A stretch of 64,000 bases of DNA, from assembly GCA_002498985.1 (NCBI GenBank), contig DAJO01000037.1, positions 3,356-67,355 on the forward strand. The letters are read 5' to 3'. Under the pieces are notes generated by a model. That model saw nothing but the letters and a program-made list of their open reading frames with translations. It had not been told where the DNA came from and made no database searches. This DNA is from Euryarchaeota archaeon UBA257 (GTDB taxonomy: Archaea > Thermoplasmatota > Poseidoniia > Poseidoniales > Thalassarchaeaceae). Of the stretch, positions 54,122 through 61,356 are shown one piece after another (the first letter of the stretch is position 1; each line of letters opens with the position of its first letter). The position numbers were made by a program, and so were the translations under genes.

Positions 54122-55488
54122 TAGGTGCTAAATATCTCATAGTTGGTTGTCAAATGATTCGAGATGATTCACAACAAAATAAAGATTCACAGAGCGATTC
54201 AGAGACAGATAAAGAAGTGGTTTTTCTTGACGGAAAAAATGTAATCAATGTGATTAATGCCTCAAAAACTCGAGATGAAGATGTATTCAAATTACTTGTT
54301 GGCTTCTCTGCAACGTTAATTTCAGGATTTATCTTAGTCGTAATACTTCTATGGCTATTTATCACTATGAATGGTGAGGCATTTGGGTTCAGTCCACCTC
54401 AATCACTAATCACTTGGGAAGATGAATACAAAGATATAACTGGTGTTAATGAAATAAATGGATTAGACGGTTCTGGGATCTCATTGTGCATAGTTGATTC
54501 CGGGATTGATACTTCACATCCTGATTTAGAAAAAATTAATCTTCTAGGGTGGAATGATGTCATTAATTCTAGTCCAAACCCATATGATGATGACGGTCAT
54601 GGAACCGCAATGGCCGGAATAATTGTTGCAGATGGAGGATTGAATGGAATAGCGAAAAATGTTGATTTATATGTTGCAAAAGCAATTAATTCAGATGGTT
54701 CAGGAACAGATGATGGGATTGCAGAAGCTGTAGACTGGTGTGTTTCACAAGATAGTGATATTATTTCTTTAAGCCTCGGTGGAGGGCAAGGCATTGGTGG
54801 CGATTTATTTACAACTGATTCACTAGAAATTGCTGTTGAGAATGCAATTGAACAAGGTGTATATGTAGTTGCAGCAGCGGGAAATGATGGTGAAGATGAT
54901 GATGGAGATGTTTCATCACCAGGGTCAGTTGAGAATGTGATTTGCGTTGGAGGTGTCACAAGACTTGGGAACTTATGGTCTGGAAGTTCTGAAGGGGATA
55001 ACAATGGAAGATTATGGCCCAATCCTATTCTACCAAGAAATGATCCTGACAAAAAACCAGAGATAATCGCACCCGGTCTTGAGGTACCGGTATTAATGAC
55101 TAATTCAGATTCTTGGTGGGGTTGGTCTAGTGGCACCTCTGCTTCAACAGCGTGGGTTTCAGGAGGATTGGCATTATTCCTGCAAGAAAATCCAGATTTT
55201 CAAAGAAATAGTAATAGTGATGAAACGAAAATTGAAGAAATAAAAATTCTATTAAGTGAGAATTCACAAATGAAAGATGGACAAAGTCAACATGACGATA
55301 ATTTTGGATATGGAATATTTAGAATTGATACATTGATAAAAGCAGTTAACTCTAGTTCATCAGATATTAAAGAGAATCTAGTAAAAGGAAATATAAATAT
55401 TGAAAGAAATATTTTTGATATTTTTCAAGTTGAACGACGTATAACAGCTAGTGTACCACCAGATAATTCTATGAATGCCATTGAATGA
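54115..55488 (+). CDS. membrane-anchored subtilisin-like serine protease (peptidase S8)
   Basis: Asp block (CIVDSGIDTSHPDL), His block (HGTAMAGIIV), Ser block (SGTSASTAWVSGG). N-terminal TM helix. Confidence 0.85.
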   Translation: MVIGAKYLIVGCQMIRDDSQQNKDSQSDSETDKEVVFLDGKNVINVINASKTRDEDVFKLLVGFSATLISGFILVVILLWLFITMNGEAFGFSPPQSLITWEDEYKDITGVNEINGLDGSGISLCIVDSGIDTSHPDLEKINLLGWNDVINSSPNPYDDDGHGTAMAGIIVADGGLNGIAKNVDLYVAKAINSDGSGTDDGIAEAVDWCVSQDSDIISLSLGGGQGIGGDLFTTDSLEIAVENAIEQGVYVVAAAGNDGEDDDGDVSSPGSVENVICVGGVTRLGNLWSGSSEGDNNGRLWPNPILPRNDPDKKPEIIAPGLEVPVLMTNSDSWWGWSSGTSASTAWVSGGLALFLQENPDFQRNSNSDETKIEEIKILLSENSQMKDGQSQHDDNFGYGIFRIDTLIKAVNSSSSDIKENLVKGNINIERNIFDIFQVERRITASVPPDNSMNAIE

Positions 55489-56270
55489 TTTTCGTTGCAT
55501 TCTCGTATCACTTTCATCCATTGATTGAAAGATTCAACTTTCCTTTGAGCATCATTAGGTTCATCTCCATCTTCGGGAACACCAACATCACCAGTAGGTA
55601 CTTCTGGCTCTTTGACCAAGATGAAACCACCATGTGAAATTACTTCTAAGGCGGCAATTGTTGCATTAGGTCTCTGATTTTCAGGTAAATCGATGATTAT
55701 TAGATCAATTGGCTGAGGTAAAGGGGAAGGTTGAGCACTGGAAGGTAATGCTGCTGTTGCGACTGACCAAGATGATGTTTCAGCAGTTATTTCTTGCCAT
55801 GATCTAGTCAAAACCTGTGTCCATTGTTCTGAAGAATGACGGCGGACAAGACGATCAATTATAACTCCAAATTTTCCTGCTGGTTCAACTATTCTAAATG
55901 TATCAGGCCTCGGTCTAGGTTCGGAAGGAGGATTAGCAGGATCACCATTCCATAAATCAAGTAGCCAAGCTGCTAAGTGACCTATCCCCCCGCCCACTAG
56001 AACTACATTCCTAGCTGGAATCTTAGATGAAATATCTCTGATTTTAACTCTAAAAGCCCGAGTTAAAGGAATTAAATTCATATGCAACATTTGTTGACCG
56101 ATATTCGCTGCTATCTGAGGTTCCCCTTCACCATAATCAGAGCCAGAAGATAGTAATTTCTCAAACATTTCACGCTCAGACATTTGAGGTAACCCTACGC
56201 CGCCCCCGCCACTCATGACATGGGCTATATTAACTCTAATTTCAATCATCCCATGTAAGGATGGCTTCAA
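55425..56270 (-). CDS. class I SAM-dependent O-methyltransferase (family 3, CCoAOMT-like)
   Basis: Motif I-like VVLVGGGIGHLAAWL and an acidic DLIIIDL block. The C-terminal region aligns by eye to caffeoyl-CoA OMT-type enzymes. It overlaps the convergent S8 gene by 64 nt at the 3' ends. Confidence 0.55.
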   Translation of the reverse strand: MKPSLHGMIEIRVNIAHVMSGGGGVGLPQMSEREMFEKLLSSGSDYGEGEPQIAANIGQQMLHMNLIPLTRAFRVKIRDISSKIPARNVVLVGGGIGHLAAWLLDLWNGDPANPPSEPRPRPDTFRIVEPAGKFGVIIDRLVRRHSSEQWTQVLTRSWQEITAETSSWSVATAALPSSAQPSPLPQPIDLIIIDLPENQRPNATIAALEVISHGGFILVKEPEVPTGDVGVPEDGDEPNDAQRKVESFNQWMKVIRECNENHSMAFIELSGGTLAVIRRST

Positions 56271-56294
56271 TAAAGGGAGTCATTTCGAAGAGAC

Positions 56295-56903
56295 ATGGAA
56301 GATACGGACATCGATGAAGAAGTATTTGATGCAGCAGTATGTCCTGAATGTACAAAAATGACGGAGCATGAGATTCTAAGGAGAAACGTTAAGGGAAATG
56401 GAGAAGATTTGTTGGTCAGGTGTGTGATTTGTAGTAACGTACATAATTTACAATTAAGGCCACCGAAATCAGTATTTATCAAAACTACATTATCTGATAG
56501 AATGGATAGCGAATTGTCATTAATTGAAGCGGATGAAGATGAAGAAATTGTCAAAGAGGATTACTTCCAACACCAAGAACAAACCTATAGAATTACAAGA
56601 ATAGAAGATTCAACATCTAGAGAATGTATATCTCTTAATGCAGGAGAAATATCTGCAATGTGGGCAGTGAGAGTAGATAGGACGATAGTGCCAATCACCA
56701 TGACTGAAGGTGAAATAAGCGTACCAAGCAGCATAGAATGTGAACCTGACAGAATTTTTTCTTGTGGCGCTATAATGCAAATGAATGGAAGAAGATGGAG
56801 GATCAGAGCTCTCCATACAGGTAAGGGAAGAACACTCAATGGAAAGAGAATCGCCAGTGAGATTAGAAGAATCTACTTACATGTTCCAGATGATCATAAT
56901 TAA
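56295..56903 (+). CDS. archaeal zinc-ribbon protein (COG1326-like), hypothetical
   Basis: N-terminal CPEC...CVIC ribbon followed by a conserved-looking about 150-aa domain. Confidence 0.55.
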   Translation: MEDTDIDEEVFDAAVCPECTKMTEHEILRRNVKGNGEDLLVRCVICSNVHNLQLRPPKSVFIKTTLSDRMDSELSLIEADEDEEIVKEDYFQHQEQTYRITRIEDSTSRECISLNAGEISAMWAVRVDRTIVPITMTEGEISVPSSIECEPDRIFSCGAIMQMNGRRWRIRALHTGKGRTLNGKRIASEIRRIYLHVPDDHN

Positions 56904-56919
56904 AATGGTAAAATTTGAT

Positions 56920-57948
56920 TTATCTTCTATTAGTCCAAGGCATGATTATCGTTTTAGTAACATGCCAAGCAATATCTGGATTTTCTCGAATCCTCCTAAC
57001 CCCATACTCATACCATTTAGTACCGTATGGGACATATACTCTAGTCAAATGACCCTCAGACGCTAATTTTCTCCTAAGGTTGCCTCGTACGCCTAGAAGA
57101 AATTGGAATTCATAGCCGGGTCCCTTGCCTGTTCTACTACCCGCAGAATTATTTCTTGAATCCGTATCAACGGTCATATTAATGTCGCTTAGTTTTTCTA
57201 AACTATGATTAATTATGGGAATGTCATGTGAGGCAATGGCAGTGTAGCAACCCATTTCTAACATTAAATCTATGCATTCATTTGTTGAATCCACTATTTC
57301 CTGATATTTAGTATAAGAAATATCTCCGGATTCCAGATAAATACCTTTACAAATTCTAAAGTCTGCAAGAGAACCTAACTTGTTAGATACCTCAGCAATG
57401 TCTTCTTTGGTTCTGAAAAGTCTACCTTGTAAGACAGTTCCGATATTTTCAAAACCCTTCTTTTGCATTTCTAATACAACATCAATAGTTTCTTGAGTGA
57501 CCCTATGATCTTCCATATCCAATCGGACAAAAATGTCATTTAGAGCCGCTTTCTTCATAATCTCCTCAATATTTGATAATGCCACCTCTTTGTCTATCAG
57601 TAATCCCAAAGCAGTAGGTTTCAAAGAAATATTCGCATTGATTTGGTTAGACACTATCAATTCTAAAACTCTAGAATATTCATCTACAAAGTATCTTGCT
57701 TCTCCAATATCATTGATTTCCTCTCCTAAAACATCAATTGTAAAACAAGCATCCTCTTTCGACATATTTTTCATTAAATCTATTGCAGATTCGAGGTTTG
57801 AACCTGCAACATAACGACCCGCTATACGCTTGACTAAAAATTTAGGAGCGATTGGCATCAAGCCAACAATGATTTTCCCTATCGCTCCCATACACGGTCG
57901 AAGAGAATGAAAGATTTGATTATTCTCTTTGGGTGATTTGCTTAGCAC
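56920..57948 (-). CDS. proline dehydrogenase
   Basis: PutA-type (beta/alpha)8 barrel blocks (RLDMEDH, ASHD, YEFQFLLG, VYVPYGTKW). Confidence 0.8.
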   Translation of the reverse strand: MLSKSPKENNQIFHSLRPCMGAIGKIIVGLMPIAPKFLVKRIAGRYVAGSNLESAIDLMKNMSKEDACFTIDVLGEEINDIGEARYFVDEYSRVLELIVSNQINANISLKPTALGLLIDKEVALSNIEEIMKKAALNDIFVRLDMEDHRVTQETIDVVLEMQKKGFENIGTVLQGRLFRTKEDIAEVSNKLGSLADFRICKGIYLESGDISYTKYQEIVDSTNECIDLMLEMGCYTAIASHDIPIINHSLEKLSDINMTVDTDSRNNSAGSRTGKGPGYEFQFLLGVRGNLRRKLASEGHLTRVYVPYGTKWYEYGVRRIRENPDIAWHVTKTIIMPWTNRR

Positions 57949-58858
57949 GTCTTACTTCAACGCCTAAATCATCTAATTTTTGGATAATTGCCGAGCGTTG
58001 CCATCCCTTGAATGATTTCCTATCCAGATGAGCGAAAATCTTACTTTGAGGGAAAGAAATTCTTGTAGAATCAACTGCACTCTGGATACATTCAGACCAT
58101 GGCCCAGAAGGACTCTCAAATTCATTGTTTTGCTCGAAAATCAAGGAATAGTTTGCAATGATATGCCCTACATTAATTTCTGAGTTCAAAATTACTGCTT
58201 TATGCCTAGGGGCATAATGGCCTCCTCCAAATCCAATCATTATATCTAAATCAGGGTTAAAATATGCCGATTTGCTTCCAAACATTACTAAAACATCAGA
58301 GATTACTTCTGCCCAGCAGTCTGCAACATCTTCTCGACCCCATTCATCTTCTGTTGAGCCAATCTCAATATACAATGTAGGTGTTGTTAGTATTGGTCCG
58401 TGATGAGTGGTTTCTAAAGTTAAATCGAAATCGACATCTAACTTTTTCTTTCTAGCCAAAGTGTTCATTCTCCTAAATAATGATGCGAAATATTTACTTG
58501 GAGGCACTAATAATCCATTTTTACCTCCTGAAATTCCCTCTTCTCCATACGGTAATATTCCTGGAATGCCAATAGCATGCAAAGTCATCGCTGGAGTATT
58601 AGAACGCGAAACATGCCTAGACAAAACTAGAACATCATAAACAGAAAGACCTGTTTGTTTTTTGAATTGTAAATCTATATGATCCGCCATAATATGAATT
58701 TGATCTATAACTAATAGATACACGCTACCACATTCATGAATATAGTAATCTCCTGAAGTTATTGTAAACGGCTTACTCCAACCATCTAAACGCATCATTG
58801 CATCATATAGTGTCATCGATGCAGTATCAGATTTAGAAGCAATAAGGAGTACTCCCAT
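57920..58858 (-). CDS. dtdA: D-aminoacyl-tRNA deacylase, archaeal type (DtdA)
   Basis: Blocks shared with Pyrococcus DtdA: SRHVSRSNTPAMTLH, THHGP, IGFGGGHYAP. Confidence 0.8.
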   Translation of the reverse strand: MGVLLIASKSDTASMTLYDAMMRLDGWSKPFTITSGDYYIHECGSVYLLVIDQIHIMADHIDLQFKKQTGLSVYDVLVLSRHVSRSNTPAMTLHAIGIPGILPYGEEGISGGKNGLLVPPSKYFASLFRRMNTLARKKKLDVDFDLTLETTHHGPILTTPTLYIEIGSTEDEWGREDVADCWAEVISDVLVMFGSKSAYFNPDLDIMIGFGGGHYAPRHKAVILNSEINVGHIIANYSLIFEQNNEFESPSGPWSECIQSAVDSTRISFPQSKIFAHLDRKSFKGWQRSAIIQKLDDLGVEVRRAKQITQRE

Positions 58859-58932
58859 GAATCATCCAAGATGGCTTTAATTTTCAACCCTCTGAACCAC
58901 ACCTTGAAACACTGGTCATCATAGGACATAAT

Positions 58933-59835
58933 ATGGAAGATTCGGGGATAGGTTTCGCCCCAATCAAAATTGACTCTGGAAAGAACATCCATGTTATTTC
59001 CGGTGTCTCCGGTCAATTGCTGAAAGTTGATGACCAGCTCAATCGACTCGGTGAGGTTAGCCAACCATTCCCTGCATTGATTACATCAAGTACAATAGTG
59101 AAGGGAAAATGGATTGGAGTATGGGTTGAAAGAGACTTAAGACAGGCGAGAATGGCCGCATTTGACTTAAATGAAGCCTGGAGTGATGGCGAAACAAAAG
59201 CAGAATTAAGAAGTAATAAATTAGATTCTGTCCTGCATCCATCATCTAGTATTTGGTCACAAATACTGGACTCTGAACCGACCGCATTATCAAATGTAGA
59301 AAATTCAATTTGCTTTTCTACGATAAATAGAGGAATATATAGAATAAATGATGAATCAAAAGAAATTTGGAGAGCGGAGATCCCTGAATGGAAACAAATA
59401 TCGAAAATAAATTCATTAGATGAAATAATTGGATTTCTGAACACTGAAGAAGGAACAATATTATTCTCAAAGGCAGGGGGGTTCGCTGTGATAGATGGTA
59501 GTGGCAATATCACCAAAAAGGGCGTATTAAAATTACCAGAGGTAGTTACAGGTGTCCAATACGAGAAAGAGAAAGGATGGTTCATTAAATTGAATGGGAA
59601 ATATTTTGCAACATTATCTAATTTAAGTGACTCTCCAAAAATATACAAAGTTTTAGGCCCTATATATGATGTTAAAAGCATTCAAGAAGATTGGATTTGG
59701 ACTGGTTGGAGACATGATGGGAAACTAAGTAAGGACGGCTCAATTATTATGGAATCAAGAGAAAATATTGGCATTGGCATCGTTGGTGACAATGTCCTTA
59801 CAAATGATGGGGAATGGGAAAAAATAAGAATTTAA
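58933..59835 (+). CDS. hypothetical protein
   Basis: 300-aa ORF with no confident motif. Possibly a beta-rich repeat fold. Confidence 0.45.
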   Translation: MEDSGIGFAPIKIDSGKNIHVISGVSGQLLKVDDQLNRLGEVSQPFPALITSSTIVKGKWIGVWVERDLRQARMAAFDLNEAWSDGETKAELRSNKLDSVLHPSSSIWSQILDSEPTALSNVENSICFSTINRGIYRINDESKEIWRAEIPEWKQISKINSLDEIIGFLNTEEGTILFSKAGGFAVIDGSGNITKKGVLKLPEVVTGVQYEKEKGWFIKLNGKYFATLSNLSDSPKIYKVLGPIYDVKSIQEDWIWTGWRHDGKLSKDGSIIMESRENIGIGIVGDNVLTNDGEWEKIRI

Positions 59836-60015
59836 TTATTCTTCTTCATCGTTTGAATTATAGCCACATTTACCACAAGATTTTCGATCTTTATGGATAG
59901 CCAAGAATACACCAGGGCCACATCCTGGTTCAGGACAGAATTCCGCACGAACTAATTTATCACCATCTATCTTATATTTTGACCACTTAGATTGTGGATT
60001 AGGTCCTTCTGCCAT
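59836..60015 (-). CDS. rps27ae: 30S ribosomal protein S27ae (59 aa), absent from ORF track
   Basis: Manual translation of the minus strand gives [59 protein letters not shown], a C4 zinc ribbon typical of S27ae. The ATG overlaps the TAA of rps24e (TAATG). A GGAGG lies 12 nt upstream. Confidence 0.85.
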   Translation of the reverse strand: MAEGPNPQSKWSKYKIDGDKLVRAEFCPEPGCGPGVFLAIHKDRKSCGKCGYNSNDEEE

Positions 60016-60320
60016 TATTCATCTCCTCCTGTATCTTTTTGTGGACGTGCTTTTTCATGCCTGTCAACAATGAATTTTGGTTCTAGTGAAGCTGTTTCTT
60101 CCGAATCGTATACTAATGCAATTCCAGTAGTTAATGGTCTTCCAAACCTAGTATTTACATTCTTTACAAAAACTAGTTCTTTTTTCGAACCGGGTTCTGC
60201 TTTCGCTGCGGCGGTAATCATTTCCGAAAGCGTAGGTGTAGGGAGATTTTCGTGGTTCCATTCAAAGGTTAGTTCAACACGACCAAGTAGTGGGTTTTCT
60301 TTTCTTTCAATTATTTGCAT
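60015..60320 (-). CDS. rps24e: 30S ribosomal protein S24e
   Basis: Conserved S24e blocks ([15 protein letters not shown]). It lies in the canonical archaeal rpoE1-spt4-S24e-S27ae cluster. Confidence 0.9.
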   Translation of the reverse strand: MQIIERKENPLLGRVELTFEWNHENLPTPTLSEMITAAAKAEPGSKKELVFVKNVNTRFGRPLTTGIALVYDSEETASLEPKFIVDRHEKARPQKDTGGDE

Positions 60321-60332
60321 ATTTTTTCCTCC

Positions 60333-60551
60333 TTATCTTATATTTACCTTCAGAGCATAAGCGCCTGGATCCTCTATATTCAGCCTTTTTGCAACTTCAG
60401 ATCTTTCAGGGTTAAGGATAATTACATAACCTTGCCAATCAGTAGTTACTGGAGCATTAGGGCACCATTTACAATTAACTGGATCCTTTTTATTTTCTGG
60501 ATCGGGGAGAATACGATTACATTCCCCACAAGCAAATGGTTGCTTAGCCAT
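60333..60551 (-). CDS. spt4: transcription elongation factor Spt4 / RNA polymerase subunit E''
   Basis: CxxC...CxxC zinc ribbon (ACGECN...CKWCPN) and a C-terminal GYVIILNPERSEVAKRL...PGAYALKV matching archaeal Spt4. Start taken at MAKQPF, 2 nt after the rpoE1 stop. Confidence 0.85.
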   Translation of the reverse strand: MAKQPFACGECNRILPDPENKKDPVNCKWCPNAPVTTDWQGYVIILNPERSEVAKRLNIEDPGAYALKVNIR

Positions 60552-60552
60552 T

Positions 60553-61101
60553 TTAATCCTGCTCCTGAATCCAAGAATATGCTCCAAGCCCATCCATTTT
60601 ACAATTTAATCCAATTTTACTTGCTCGTGGGTCATTCTGATTGATTGCTTTAGAAACTACACGTGAACGGATATAAGAGCCCTCTTCTAAGTATTTACCA
60701 CTAGAAGAACCCTCAATTCTTTTAACCCCTAAGTTTACGTTAATAGGTTCATCAAGAATTTGAGATTTATGTAATAATGCCTCCATTGGTCCTATCCTTA
60801 CGAACGCTCCATATTCTGAAATCTCAGATGCATAACCATCTACAACTTCATTATTTTCCATGTTGAAGAGTAAAGCCTTGAACTTTACTCGTTGATAAAT
60901 TGCTCCATCTCCGTGAATAATTTTTCCACGGCCTAAAGGCTCATGATCGAATGTTAAAACAGTATAATTTTCATCGGGATCAAAACGCCCCTCAAATGCA
61001 TCATTTGCTAATTCATCGATATGATCGACTAAGTTACGTCCTGCACGGATATACTCTGCAGGTATTCTTATTGTATCTTCGCGTGTGACTATGCTGTACA
61101 T
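60553..61101 (-). CDS. rpoE1: DNA-directed RNA polymerase subunit E' (Rpo7)
   Basis: Rpb7-like N-domain and S1 domain (GKIIHGDGAIYQRVKF...GAFVRIGPMEALLH). A GGAGG lies 8 nt upstream of the ATG. Confidence 0.9.
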   Translation of the reverse strand: MYSIVTREDTIRIPAEYIRAGRNLVDHIDELANDAFEGRFDPDENYTVLTFDHEPLGRGKIIHGDGAIYQRVKFKALLFNMENNEVVDGYASEISEYGAFVRIGPMEALLHKSQILDEPINVNLGVKRIEGSSSGKYLEEGSYIRSRVVSKAINQNDPRASKIGLNCKMDGLGAYSWIQEQD

Positions 61102-61114
61102 CTTTTTTCCTCCA

Positions 61115-61350
61115 TTTAACGGACTGCTCCGAGGTTTGTCGGAGGAAGGCAGAAGACCCCCCGTCCCTCATCGGCAAAGCCTCCAGAGGAGAAGTCCGTT
61201 GAACCGCCGACTTACCACTCCTGTATAAGCACAACGGATGATTAATGACTTCGGAAAATAGGATTTACCTTACAGACCATAGGTCTGGATGATAGTTTAG
61301 TGCGAATGTTCAAGTGGGTATTGAAACCCATTTGGACCCTGATGCGAGGG
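61115..61350 (+). ncRNA. candidate structured ncRNA (GC-rich; possibly SRP RNA-like)
   Basis: An intergenic core at 61121-61237 is about 59% GC against about 37% around it. It contains GUCGGAGGAAGGCAGAAGAC, which resembles SRP RNA domain IV (GGAAGGAAGCAGC / AAGGCAGAUGAC in 4.5S RNA). Several perfect hairpins follow (CAGACC-AUA-GGUCUG; GGGU-AUUGAA-ACCC). Strand and boundaries are uncertain. Confidence 0.3.
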
Positions 61351-61356
61351 TTCACT

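Noticed and set aside
54597-55136. 179-aa minus-strand ORF inside the S8 protease gene
   Set aside because: Pro/Ser-rich antisense translation of the Gly/Asp-rich protease gene. The protease on the other strand has all catalytic motifs.
61034-61234. 66-aa minus-strand ORF spanning the rpoE1 start and the GC-rich intergenic core
   Set aside because: Arg/Ser/Cys-rich. It overlaps the rpoE1 RBS and the structured GC-rich element. It is more consistent with a non-coding region.
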